64,000 nucleotides of DNA. Origin: Telluria sp. GTDB taxonomy: Bacteria > Pseudomonadota > Gammaproteobacteria > Burkholderiales > Burkholderiaceae_D. The notes under the pieces are model-generated. The model was given only the letters and a program-made list of their open reading frames with translations. It was not told the origin of the DNA and ran no database searches. Positions 49,680-59,007 of the stretch are shown piece after piece. The position numbers were made by a program, and so were the translations under genes. The stretch spans positions 11,399 to 75,398 of the forward strand of contig DASWMN010000003.1 of the NCBI GenBank assembly GCA_036399735.1, in the 5' to 3' direction. Numbering within the stretch: the first letter of the stretch is position 1; the number at the start of each line of letters is the position of its first letter.

Positions 49680-50441
49680 TCAGCCGCGGCGCGCGTTCAC
49701 TCTCCAGGCGATGCAAAGGACCAGCACGGCGAAGGCAGCGCTGGCCATACCCGTGACGACGAAGTGGAACAGCCCATGCTCGATCGTCTTCGCGCTGCGA
49801 TACACCGAACCCGCCACGCCCCCGAATACGCCTGCCGCCACTACAAGGCTTAGCGTGAACATCCGTTGCCGCACGCTCAATGGCGCGGGATGGCGTAGTC
49901 CCGGCGCTGTTCGCTTGAACCACATAGCGACGCTGCTGACAATGACGACGAGTCCCGCCAAACTGCTCAGATGCTGCAAAAGCTTGAACACGGGGATTTG
50001 ATATTCACCTAGCGCCACCACTGTTCTGAGCCAACTGAGGCTATCGACAACAACCGTGTTTGCGTGCGTGAACGAATCCCAGATGATGTGGGTTAACGCC
50101 CCGACTGCCAGTGAAATGAGCACAGTGGCCATTGCACCAGGACTTCGCAGGGTCCACTGAATGTCTGTCGGCATGCGCGCACTAACGGCGTGTGGCAACC
50201 ACGCCAGCAAGGCTGGTCTGACGAGCAAACAGTAGACAAGATAGACGATCAGACCAGCGGGAACGCAATAAACCGGCACACCCCACGCCGTGTGCGTGAA
50301 ATTGCCGCCGACGCCCAGGGAAACGAAGTAGGCAAAATCAGGCGCCATGCTGCCAATCACCAAGGCAGGCAACGCTGCGCGCCTGCGTGCACAGGCATGC
50401 AGCGGGATCACGGCGGCCGGGTGGCACAAGGTAAAAGGCAT
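49680..50441 (-). CDS. DUF4184-like membrane protein
   Basis: MPFTLCHPAAVIPL, ALVIGSMAPDF, THIIWDSFTH and LQHLSS. Confidence 0.85.
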   Translation of the reverse strand: MPFTLCHPAAVIPLHACARRRAALPALVIGSMAPDFAYFVSLGVGGNFTHTAWGVPVYCVPAGLIVYLVYCLLVRPALLAWLPHAVSARMPTDIQWTLRSPGAMATVLISLAVGALTHIIWDSFTHANTVVVDSLSWLRTVVALGEYQIPVFKLLQHLSSLAGLVVIVSSVAMWFKRTAPGLRHPAPLSVRQRMFTLSLVVAAGVFGGVAGSVYRSAKTIEHGLFHFVVTGMASAAFAVLVLCIAWRVNARRG

Positions 50442-50528
50442 CAGCAACCTTCAGCCGGGTAATTTCGCCACTGCTCTGCAGGAGCGCAAGCAATGGTATT
50501 GAACGCGCTTGCACGCCCGCGCGACGCC

Positions 50529-50774
50529 TCAGTTTTTTGGACGCGCATTGAAACGTGCAATCAGCACCGGCGCCACGCCAAAAGGCATCAGAGCGAGCAG
50601 AACGCCGGCGCCAAACACCAGCAGCGCGTCGACGATAAGCGCCCATCCCGAAAGCGCGGCAGGGCGATATTCACTGTTAAAGGCAAGCGTGCACAGCACA
50701 CCAAGCAGTCCCAGTACGACACCGACCACCGCTGGCCCTGTCAGCGCCTCCCGTTCACTTTGGGACAATTTCAT
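50529..50774 (-). CDS. Small two-TM hypothetical protein
   Basis: 81 aa starting MKLSQSEREALTGPAVVG, with two hydrophobic stretches. Start inferred. Confidence 0.55.
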   Translation of the reverse strand: MKLSQSEREALTGPAVVGVVLGLLGVLCTLAFNSEYRPAALSGWALIVDALLVFGAGVLLALMPFGVAPVLIARFNARPKN

Positions 50775-51020
50775 CTGCAAGCTCCGGTTTCCATCGTTTT
50801 CAATAGCGCAGGTCGGGCCGCTTCGTTCAGTTGCACAACTAAAGCAGGGCTGCGAGCGCGGTAGCAACATGCCGCGCCACGAAAATAGACGGCGCAGCCA
50901 CGCGCGCCAGCCGGACCATTGTACTTCACGGCTTTGACCGCAGGCCCCGATGAGTCGCATCGCACCGCACGCAGGCCGATGCATTGGAATGATCGCTCTG
51001 CCTGGCCCCACCAACTTCCC

Positions 51021-51314
51021 ATGCGCATTTGCCTAGACGACGAACGCAACACGCCAGATGGCTGGGTCCGCACCTGGTGGCCCGACGAAACGATCGCCCT
51101 GCTCGAACAGGGGTCGGTGACGCAGCTGAGCCTGGACCACGACCTTGGCGACGATGAGCGCGGAACGGGCTACGACGTGGTGCTGTGGATCGAAGAGGCG
51201 GTGGCCCTGCGCGGCTTCATTCCCCCAGAAATGTTCGTTCACTCGGCGAACAGTTCCGCGCGGGAGAAGATGCTGGCCGGGATACGCGCGATCGAGGCGC
51301 TCGCGCAGCGCTAG
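51021..51314 (+). CDS. Cyclic-phosphate-processing receiver-like domain protein
   Basis: 97 aa with the pattern LDDER.TPDGW...LSLDHDLG...GTGYDV..WIEE...HSAN. Confidence 0.75.
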   Translation: MRICLDDERNTPDGWVRTWWPDETIALLEQGSVTQLSLDHDLGDDERGTGYDVVLWIEEAVALRGFIPPEMFVHSANSSAREKMLAGIRAIEALAQR

Positions 51315-51329
51315 GCAGGAACTGCTTTG

Positions 51330-51803
51330 CTACGCGCGGATTTTGCCCAGCAGCTTGGTGGTCGAGCGGTCATGCTCGAAATCGATGGCCACGGCCTTGC
51401 CGCCATAGCTGATTACGGCCTGGCCTTCGGGAATCGCGCTCATGTCGTAGTCGCCGCCCTTGGCATAAATCTCCGGCCTGGCTTCCAGCACTACTTCGAG
51501 CGCCGTGTCTTCATCGAAGTCGACCACCAGACTGACTGATTCCAGCGCCGCCAGCACCGCCATCCGGTCCGGCGCCGCATTCAGCGGCCGGTCATCGCCC
51601 TTGCCCAGACGCTTGACCGACGCGTCGGTGTTCGCCGCCACCACCAGCGATGCGCCCAGCGCACGCGCCTGCGCCAGGTAGGTCACGTGGCCGCGGTGCA
51701 GAATATCGAAAACGCCATTGGTCAGAACGACCGGCTTGGGCAGTGCGGCAACCCGCTGCTGCAGTTCGGCGCGGGTGCAGATTTTTTGTTCGAAGTCTGG
51801 CAT
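51330..51803 (-). CDS. rfaE2: D-glycero-beta-D-manno-heptose 1-phosphate adenylyltransferase (RfaE domain II)
   Basis: TNGVFDILHRGHVTYL, SVKRLGKGDDRP, KGGDY and STTKL. Confidence 0.92.
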   Translation of the reverse strand: MPDFEQKICTRAELQQRVAALPKPVVLTNGVFDILHRGHVTYLAQARALGASLVVAANTDASVKRLGKGDDRPLNAAPDRMAVLAALESVSLVVDFDEDTALEVVLEARPEIYAKGGDYDMSAIPEGQAVISYGGKAVAIDFEHDRSTTKLLGKIRA

Positions 51804-51871
51804 GGGGGTCAATTGTCGGGTTAGGAGAAACCCGTGCATTGTACGCAGAGATGGAAAACATGCCGCGATTT

Positions 51872-52081
51872 TTACTGGGCCCGCCAGTCCTGCAGCAAGC
51901 GCTGCACGCCCATCTCCAGCGCTGCCAGATCGACCGCCGCCTGGCGCCGGTAAATCATCATCGCGTACACGCCGGCCAGCAGATTGACCTCGGGCGACAG
52001 GGCAAACTCGTTGCCGCGTGCGGGGCGCCGGTCACGCCAGTAATTGATTGCCGCTTCCAGCTCCTGCACGCTCAGGTCCAT
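51872..52081 (-). CDS. DUF3717-like small protein
   Basis: ELEAAINYWR.RRPA...ALSPEV..LA.VYAMMI. Confidence 0.75.
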   Translation of the reverse strand: MDLSVQELEAAINYWRDRRPARGNEFALSPEVNLLAGVYAMMIYRRQAAVDLAALEMGVQRLLQDWRAQ

Positions 52082-52093
52082 CGCCCCTCCGGT

Positions 52094-53272
52094 TTACTCT
52101 TCTTCCGGCTCCTCGTCCACCGCCATCGACAGATCGTCCGCCGTGCGCACCTTGGTGTCGGTGCCCGGTTCCTTGCGGTCGCCGCGCAGCTTGATCTGCA
52201 GGCGCAGGCCGTTGGCCGAGTCCGCATTGCGGATCGCTTCGTCGTAGCCGATATGACCTTTGTTATACAGCTCGTACAAGGCCTGGTCAAACGTGCACAT
52301 GCCGAGTTCCCGCGATTTGTGCATGATTTCCTTGATGGCCTGGAAGTTCCCTTTCAGGATCATTTCGGCGATGGTTGGGGTATTCAGCAAAATCTCGATG
52401 GCCGCCTTGCGGCCCTTGCCGTCCTCGGTGCGCACCAGGCGCTGCGACACGATCGCGCGCAGGTTCGACGACAAGTCCATCAGCAGCTGGTTGCGCCGCT
52501 CTTCCGGGAAGAAGTTGATGATCCTGTCCATGGTCTGATTCGAGTTGTTCGCGTGCAGCGTCCCCAGGCACAGGTGGCCGGTTTCGGCGAAGGCGATCGC
52601 GTGTTCCATGGTTTCAGTGTCGCGGATCTCGCCGATCAGGATCACGTCGGGCGCCTGGCGCAGCGTGTTTTTCAGCGCGTGGTGCCAGGACAGCGTGTCC
52701 ACCCCCACTTCGCGGTGCGTGATCAGGCAGCTCTTGTTCTTGTGCACGTACTCGACCGGGTCTTCCACGGTAATGATGTGGCCGGCCGAATTGGCGTTGC
52801 GGTAATCGATCATCGCCGCCAGCGTGGTCGATTTGCCGGAACCGGTACCGCCCACCACCAGCACCAGACCGCGCTTGGTCATGATGACTTCCTTCAGGAT
52901 GTCGGGCAGGTCGAGTTTTTCGAAGGTCGGAATCTCGGAGGCAATCGTCCGCACCACCATGCCGACCGCCTGCTGCTGCACGAACACATTGACGCGGAAA
53001 CGGCACACATTCGGCAGCGCGATAGCAAAATTGCATTCCATTTCGGTTTCGAATTCGCGCGTCTGCTTCGCGTTCATGATCGACAGCGCCAGCGCGCGCG
53101 TGACGTCCGGCGTCAGCTTCTGCTGGCTCATCGGCTTCATCGCGCCCTGGTACTTCATGCTGGGCGGGAAGTCCGCCGAAATGAACAAGTCCGACCCACC
53201 TTGCTGGTGCATGACAGTGAGTAATTTGTGGATGTAAGCCTGGGCTTCCGCCGGGCCAAAGGTGGTGGACAT
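52094..53272 (-). CDS. pilU: PilT/PilU family type IV pilus ATPase (second PilU-like paralog)
   Basis: GSDLFISA, GGTGSGKSTT, EDPVEY, LRQAPDVILIGEIRD, TGHLCLGTLH and RAIVSQRL. Confidence 0.85.
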   Translation of the reverse strand: MSTTFGPAEAQAYIHKLLTVMHQQGGSDLFISADFPPSMKYQGAMKPMSQQKLTPDVTRALALSIMNAKQTREFETEMECNFAIALPNVCRFRVNVFVQQQAVGMVVRTIASEIPTFEKLDLPDILKEVIMTKRGLVLVVGGTGSGKSTTLAAMIDYRNANSAGHIITVEDPVEYVHKNKSCLITHREVGVDTLSWHHALKNTLRQAPDVILIGEIRDTETMEHAIAFAETGHLCLGTLHANNSNQTMDRIINFFPEERRNQLLMDLSSNLRAIVSQRLVRTEDGKGRKAAIEILLNTPTIAEMILKGNFQAIKEIMHKSRELGMCTFDQALYELYNKGHIGYDEAIRNADSANGLRLQIKLRGDRKEPGTDTKVRTADDLSMAVDEEPEEE

Positions 53273-53431
53273 GCGCGCCTTTCAATAGAATGTGCTTAGC
53301 GGAAATCCGCCGTGCTCCAATTATATCGAGTGCATTCCGGGTAGAATATAATTTCTTTGCTGACTGATTAGCAACACTGTGTCGCGATAGCCGCACAGCT
53401 TGCTCCCGCAATCTTCCGTTCCTAGCGATCT

Positions 53432-54373
53432 ATGACCCTGACTGAACTGAAATATATCGTTGCCGTAGCGCGTGCGAAACATTTCGGGCATGCCGCTGAA
53501 GCGTGTTACGTCGCCCAGCCGACCCTTTCGGTTGCCATTAAAAAATTGGAAGATGAGCTCGGGGTCGTGCTGTTCGAGCGCGGTGGCGCGGAAATCTCGG
53601 TCACGCCGCTGGGCGCGCAGATCATCGCCCAGGCCGAACGGGTGCTGGAACAGACCGCCGCGATCAAGGAACTGGCCAAGCAGAACAAGGACCCGCTGGC
53701 CGGTCCGCTACGCCTGGGCGTGATCTACACGATCGGCCCCTACCTGCTGCCGCCGCTGGTCAAGAACCTGATCGAGCGGGTACCGCAGATGCCCCTGATC
53801 CTGCAGGAAAATTTCACGGTGCGGCTGCTGGAACTGCTGCGTCAGGGCGAGCTGGACGCCGCCATCATGGCGCTGCCGCTGCCCGAGCACGGCATGTCGA
53901 TGCAAACCCTGTACGACGAGCCCTTCGTTGTCGCCACACCGCAAAACCATCCCTGGGCCAAGCGCAAATCGGTCTCGGCCCAGGATCTCAAATCCGAAAC
54001 CATGCTCTTGCTTGGCAACGGCCACTGCTTCCGCGACCAGGTGCTGGAGGTGTGCCCTGAAATGGCACGCTTCTCCTCGCCCGGCAACGGCATGCAGCGC
54101 ACCTTCGAAGGCTCTTCGCTGGAAACCATCCGCCACATGGTGGCAAGCGGCATCGGCCTGACCGTGTTGCCGCGCGCCTCGGTGCCGGACATGGCGGCCA
54201 AGAACAGCATGCTGGCCTTTGTGCCCTTCGAAGCGCCGGTGCCTTCGCGCCGGGTGGTCATCGTCTGGCGCAAAAGCTTCACGCGGCGCGCCGCGATCGA
54301 TGCGATCTGCGCTGCGGTGGCTGCCTGCGATCTGCCTGGGGTCAATATGCTCGCGCTGGAAGAAGCCGCCTGA
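53432..54373 (+). CDS. oxyR: Hydrogen peroxide-inducible activator OxyR
   Basis: LysR HTH, the redox cysteine pair [12 protein letters not shown] and [13 protein letters not shown]. Confidence 0.9.
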   Translation: MTLTELKYIVAVARAKHFGHAAEACYVAQPTLSVAIKKLEDELGVVLFERGGAEISVTPLGAQIIAQAERVLEQTAAIKELAKQNKDPLAGPLRLGVIYTIGPYLLPPLVKNLIERVPQMPLILQENFTVRLLELLRQGELDAAIMALPLPEHGMSMQTLYDEPFVVATPQNHPWAKRKSVSAQDLKSETMLLLGNGHCFRDQVLEVCPEMARFSSPGNGMQRTFEGSSLETIRHMVASGIGLTVLPRASVPDMAAKNSMLAFVPFEAPVPSRRVVIVWRKSFTRRAAIDAICAAVAACDLPGVNMLALEEAA

Positions 54374-54380
54374 TGCTGCA

Positions 54381-55235
54381 ATGAACAAGCTGTCTCTGTA
54401 TTTCCGCCTGATTCGCCTCGACAAACCCATCGGCATTCTGCTGCTGCTGTGGCCGACCCTGATCGCCCTGTGGATCGCCGGCGCGGGCCGGCCCGATCTG
54501 GGCGTCGTCGCCATCTTCACGCTGGGCACGGTGCTGATGCGCTCGGCCGGCTGCGCCATCAATGACTACGCCGACCGCGATATCGACAAACACGTCAAAC
54601 GCACGGCCGAACGGCCGCTGACCAGTGGCCGCATCAAGGGCTGGGAAGCGGTGGCCGTGGCGGCGGTGCTGGCGCTGCTGGCCTTTCTGCTGATTCTGCC
54701 CCTCAATACGCTGACCAAGCAGATGTCGGTCGCGGCCGTGATCATTGCCGCCACCTACCCTTACTTCAAGCGCTTTTTCGCCATTCCCCAGGCTTATCTG
54801 GGGATCGCTTTCGGCTTTGGCATTCCGATGGCGTTTGCTGCGGTCTGGAACGAGGTGCCGGCGCTGGCCTGGTGGCTGCTGCTGGCCAATGTGTTCTGGG
54901 CGATCGCTTACGATACCGAATACGCCATGGTGGACCGCGACGACGACCTCAAGATCGGCATCCGCACTTCGGCCATCACTTTTGGACGCTTCGATGTGGC
55001 TGCGGTCATGCTGTGCTACGGCGCGGCGCTGGCCATCATCTTGCTGTGCGGCTGGCAAGTCGGCCTGCGCTGGTGGTTCGTGGCGGGAGTGGCAGTGGCC
55101 GCCGCGATGGCGCTGTACCACTACACTTTGATCCGGGAACGCGACCGGATGCGCTGTTTTTATGCATTTCGCCACAACAATTGGTTGGGTGCGGCCCTTT
55201 TTGCCGGTGTCGCGTTAGACTACGCTTTCGGATAA
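54381..55235 (+). CDS. ubiA: 4-hydroxybenzoate octaprenyltransferase
   Basis: [31 protein letters not shown] and [13 protein letters not shown]. Confidence 0.96.
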   Translation: MNKLSLYFRLIRLDKPIGILLLLWPTLIALWIAGAGRPDLGVVAIFTLGTVLMRSAGCAINDYADRDIDKHVKRTAERPLTSGRIKGWEAVAVAAVLALLAFLLILPLNTLTKQMSVAAVIIAATYPYFKRFFAIPQAYLGIAFGFGIPMAFAAVWNEVPALAWWLLLANVFWAIAYDTEYAMVDRDDDLKIGIRTSAITFGRFDVAAVMLCYGAALAIILLCGWQVGLRWWFVAGVAVAAAMALYHYTLIRERDRMRCFYAFRHNNWLGAALFAGVALDYAFG

Positions 55236-55269
55236 TGTTGTCCTTATATTCACTCGTGAGGTAATAAAA

Positions 55270-55590
55270 ATGATCGAATCCATCCCAACCAAACCAGGCG
55301 CACGCGATCAACTGATGAGCGATCTGAAATCCGTGATCCAGGACGCCGAATCCTGGCTGCGCAATGGCAGCCACCTGACGGGCGAAGAACTGCAGGCGGC
55401 CAAAGCCAAGTTCGAGCGCACCCTGTCGAGCGCCAAGGCCGATCTGATCCGCCTGGAACAAACCGTCGTGGCAAAAACCAAGGAAGCGGCCAAGGCCACC
55501 GACGAGTACGTACACGAAAATCCATGGAAAGCGGTCGGGATCGGCGCTGCGGCCGGCCTGGTGATCGGCATGCTGATCGCCCGGAAATAA
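55270..55590 (+). CDS. DUF883 / ElaB-YqjD family protein
   Basis: DEYVHENPWKAVGIGAAAGLVIGMLI C-terminal tail anchor. Confidence 0.9.
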   Translation: MIESIPTKPGARDQLMSDLKSVIQDAESWLRNGSHLTGEELQAAKAKFERTLSSAKADLIRLEQTVVAKTKEAAKATDEYVHENPWKAVGIGAAAGLVIGMLIARK

Positions 55591-55596
55591 GCAGCC

Positions 55597-55974
55597 ATGG
55601 CGATCGCGGAAACGGTAGGACGCATCGGCGGTACCCTGGTTGCCATGGTGCAGACGCGCCTGGCGCTGGCCGCGGTCGAAATCGAGGAAGAATCGCAGCG
55701 CCTGCTCGGCTACTTCGTGCTGGCGCTGCTGTCGATGGTGCTGTTCGCCATCGCCATGGTGCTGGTGGCGCTGACCATCATTCTGGTGTTCTGGGACAGC
55801 TACCGGCTCGAAGCGGCGGTGGCCCTGGCGGCCGCGTTCGCTGCTGCCGGTACCTGGGTGATGTTCCAGCTCAAGGCGAGCATTGCCGCCAAGCCGCGCC
55901 TGCTGGCGGCCACGGCAGCCGAGTTGAACAAGGATCTCAATTTCATTCGCACCGCGGGGCATGGCCATGACTGA
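55597..55974 (+). CDS. YqjE-like (phage-holin-family annotated) membrane protein
   Basis: TRLALAAVEIEEE followed by two TMs, directly after the DUF883 gene. Confidence 0.85.
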   Translation: MAIAETVGRIGGTLVAMVQTRLALAAVEIEEESQRLLGYFVLALLSMVLFAIAMVLVALTIILVFWDSYRLEAAVALAAAFAAAGTWVMFQLKASIAAKPRLLAATAAELNKDLNFIRTAGHGHD

Positions 55975-56272
55975 GCAAATCGCATTCCCCACCCTGGCCC
56001 AGCGGCGTGAAGCCCTGATTGCCGAATGCTCGATGCAGCGCAGCGATGTGTCGCATCAGATTGCGGCGCTGCGTTCGCCGGCGCAAGGCGGGCTCGGTCG
56101 TCTGGATGGCCTGACGAATTTGAAAGTGCCGCTGATGATTGCCGGCGTGGTGCTGGGGATGGTGGTGGTCAAGCCTTCGCGCGCCATGCCCTTGCTGGCG
56201 ACCGGGCTGTCGCTGTTCAAGCTGGCGAAAAGCATTCTCTCGATCGCGCGCAGCCAAGGGTACCCACGGTAA
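55967..56272 (+). CDS. YqjK-like protein
   Basis: RREALIAECSMQR pattern. Third gene of the yqjD-E-K-like trio. Confidence 0.7.
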   Translation: MTEQIAFPTLAQRREALIAECSMQRSDVSHQIAALRSPAQGGLGRLDGLTNLKVPLMIAGVVLGMVVVKPSRAMPLLATGLSLFKLAKSILSIARSQGYPR

Positions 56273-56323
56273 AACAGCAAGCTCACATCGTCCACGCGCA
56301 AGCGCTGACGATGTGGTCGCTTA

Positions 56324-57139
56324 TCAATCCTTGCCCATCTCTTCACCGAGCTCGCGCCCGCGCGCTGCCGCTGCCTTCATCGCTTCCACGATCTTTTCCT
56401 TCACCCCGCTCTGCTCCATGCTGGTGATTGCCGCATGGGTGGTGCCGCCTTTTGACGTCACCTTCTGGCGCAGTACCGGCACGCTGTCGTCCGACTGCAC
56501 CGCCAGCTGCGCGGCGCCGGCAAAGGTGGCCAGCGCCAGCTGCCTGCCCTGCTCCGCCGACAGGCCCATCTCCACCGCCGCCTGCTGCATCGCCTCGATA
56601 AAGAAGAACACATACGCCGGACCGCTGCCCGACACCGCGGTCACCGGATCGATCAGCGCTTCGTTGTCGAGCCACACGGTGGCGCCTACGGCCTGCATCA
56701 CCTGGTCGGCCGCGATGCGCTGGGGCGCGCTGACGCCGTCGGTTGCCACCATGCCGGTGATGCCGCGTCCGATCAGGGCCGGCGTGTTTGGCATGGTGCG
56801 CACGATGGCGCCATAACCGCCCAGCCAGCGCGCCAGATCGGCCGCGCGGATGCCGGCCGCGATCGACAGGATCAGCGGATTGGCGTTCAGGTGCGGCTTG
56901 AGCGCTGCGGCAACGTCGCGCATCTGCTGCGGTTTGACCGCCAGCACGATGATGTCGCAGGCGGCCAGCTCCGGTCCGATGCTGTTCGCCGTCGTCACGC
57001 CATGCGCGAGCCTGAGCTTGTCGAGCGCCTCGGCGTTCGGATCGACCACATGTATCAGTTCGCCCGAAGTGAGCTTGCCAGCCAGACCGGCGATCAGGGC
57101 CGAGGCCATGTTCCCGCCGCCGATAAACGAAATTCTCAT
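56324..57139 (-). CDS. proC: Pyrroline-5-carboxylate reductase
   Basis: FIGGGNMA, LAVKPQ, RTMPNTPA, SGSGPAY and VTSKGGTT. Confidence 0.96.
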   Translation of the reverse strand: MRISFIGGGNMASALIAGLAGKLTSGELIHVVDPNAEALDKLRLAHGVTTANSIGPELAACDIIVLAVKPQQMRDVAAALKPHLNANPLILSIAAGIRAADLARWLGGYGAIVRTMPNTPALIGRGITGMVATDGVSAPQRIAADQVMQAVGATVWLDNEALIDPVTAVSGSGPAYVFFFIEAMQQAAVEMGLSAEQGRQLALATFAGAAQLAVQSDDSVPVLRQKVTSKGGTTHAAITSMEQSGVKEKIVEAMKAAAARGRELGEEMGKD

Positions 57140-57152
57140 ACCGCTCCCTTGT

Positions 57153-57854
57153 TTATTCATACTTGCGGGCGCCAAAAATGGCGCTGCCGATGCGGACCAT
57201 TGTGGCCCCTTCGGCAATGGCCGCGCCCAGGTCCGACGACATGCCCATCGATAAGGTATCAAGCGCAATGCCATCGCTGCGCAGAGCGTCAGCGAGCTTG
57301 CGCAGGCGGGCAAACGCGGCGCGCTGACGGCCGATGTCGGTTTCCGGCTCGGGGATCGCCATCAGCCCGCGCAGGTGCAAACGTGGTAGCTGTGCCACAT
57401 GACGGGCCAATTCAGGCAATTCTGCTTCAGTGACACCACTCTTGCTAGCTTCACCACTGATGTTAACCTGAAGACAAATGTTCAGCGGCGCCAAATTTTC
57501 CGGCCGCTGCTCGGACAGGCGCTGCGCAATTTTCAGGCGCTCGACCGTATGCACCCAGTCGAAATGGGTGGCGATCGGGCGTGTCTTGTTGCTCTGTATG
57601 GGCCCAATGAAGTGCCACGCGATTGCGCGGCCCGGCAAAGCGGCGCCGACAGCGGCGATTTTATCTAGCGCTTCCTGCAAATAATTCTCGCCGAACGCCG
57701 TTTGGCCGGCGGCGATGGCTTCCAGGACGGCCTCGGCGGGGAAAGTTTTGGACACGGCCAGCAACTGGACATCGGCGCGCGCCCGTCCCGCAGCGCTGGC
57801 GGCGGCAACAATACTCGCATCGACAGCTTGCAAGTTCTGGACGATTGTGGACAT
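57153..57854 (-). CDS. yggS: PLP homeostasis protein YggS
   Basis: LLAVSKT, FGENYLQE, WHFIGPIQSNK, LSMGMSSD and VRIGSAIFG. Confidence 0.96.
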   Translation of the reverse strand: MSTIVQNLQAVDASIVAAASAAGRARADVQLLAVSKTFPAEAVLEAIAAGQTAFGENYLQEALDKIAAVGAALPGRAIAWHFIGPIQSNKTRPIATHFDWVHTVERLKIAQRLSEQRPENLAPLNICLQVNISGEASKSGVTEAELPELARHVAQLPRLHLRGLMAIPEPETDIGRQRAAFARLRKLADALRSDGIALDTLSMGMSSDLGAAIAEGATMVRIGSAIFGARKYE

Positions 57855-57944
57855 AATCATTTTCGGCGGGCAATTCATGGTCGGTCATTGCGAAAAACGC
57901 ACACCACCATCAGCATGCGCCCATTCACGGCACAGGGATTATAA

Positions 57945-58988
57945 ATGGACATTTCGGAATTACTCGCATTCTCGGTCAAGAACAAAGCTTCTGACTTGCA
58001 CCTCTCATCCGGCCTGCCGCCGATGATTCGTGTGCATGGAGACGTGCGCCGCATCAACCTGCCGCCGCTCGAGCACAAAGACGTGCACGGCATGATTTAT
58101 GACATCATGAACGACGGCCAGCGCAAGGCCTATGAAGAAGTGCTGGAAGTCGACTTTTCGTTTGCCATTCCAGGACTGGCGCGCTTCCGCGTCAACGCCT
58201 TCAACCAGGAGCGCGGCGCCGCCGCCGTACTGCGTACCATTCCATCGAAGATTCTGAGTCTGGAAGACCTGAACGCGCCGCGCATTTTCGCCGAACTGGC
58301 AATGAAGCCGCGCGGCCTGGTGCTGGTCACCGGCCCGACCGGTTCCGGTAAATCGACCACGCTGGCAGCTATGGTGAACCACCTCAATGAAAACGAGTAT
58401 GGCCACATTCTGACCATCGAAGACCCGATCGAATTCGTCCACGATTCCAAGAAGTGCCTGATCAACCAGCGCGAAGTCGGCCCGCATACGCTCTCGTTCA
58501 ACAACGCACTGCGTTCGGCGCTGCGCGAAGATCCTGACTGTATCCTGGTGGGCGAGCTGCGCGACCTTGAAACCATTCGTCTGGCCCTGTCGGCCGCGGA
58601 AACGGGTCACCTGGTATTCGGCACGCTGCACACCTCCTCTGCCGCGAAAACCATCGACCGTATCGTCGACGTGTTCCCGTCCGATGAAAAGGAAATGGTT
58701 CGCGCCATGCTGTCCGAATCGCTGCAAGCGGTCATTTCGCAGACCCTGCTCAAGACCAAGGATGGCAGTGGCCGCGTCGCCGCGCACGAGATCATGATCG
58801 GTACGCCGGCAATTCGAAATCTGATTCGCGAATCGAAGATCGCCCAGATGTATTCGTCGATCCAGACCGGCAGCAACGTCGGCATGCAGACGCTCGACCA
58901 GAACCTCACCGATCTGGTACGCCGCAATATCATTTCCGCCGCCGCCGCGCGCAACGCTGCGAAGATCCCTGAGAACTTCCCAGGCTAA
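57945..58988 (+). CDS. pilT: Twitching motility ATPase PilT
   Basis: ASDLHLSSG, GPTGSGKST, LREDPD and the AIRNLIRE motif. Confidence 0.97.
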   Translation: MDISELLAFSVKNKASDLHLSSGLPPMIRVHGDVRRINLPPLEHKDVHGMIYDIMNDGQRKAYEEVLEVDFSFAIPGLARFRVNAFNQERGAAAVLRTIPSKILSLEDLNAPRIFAELAMKPRGLVLVTGPTGSGKSTTLAAMVNHLNENEYGHILTIEDPIEFVHDSKKCLINQREVGPHTLSFNNALRSALREDPDCILVGELRDLETIRLALSAAETGHLVFGTLHTSSAAKTIDRIVDVFPSDEKEMVRAMLSESLQAVISQTLLKTKDGSGRVAAHEIMIGTPAIRNLIRESKIAQMYSSIQTGSNVGMQTLDQNLTDLVRRNIISAAAARNAAKIPENFPG

Positions 58989-59007
58989 ATTTTAGGATCA
59001 AACAATA

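Noticed and set aside
55597-55974. Possible prophage holin
   Set aside because: It sits in the conserved DUF883-YqjE-YqjK trio, with no endolysin or other phage genes nearby.
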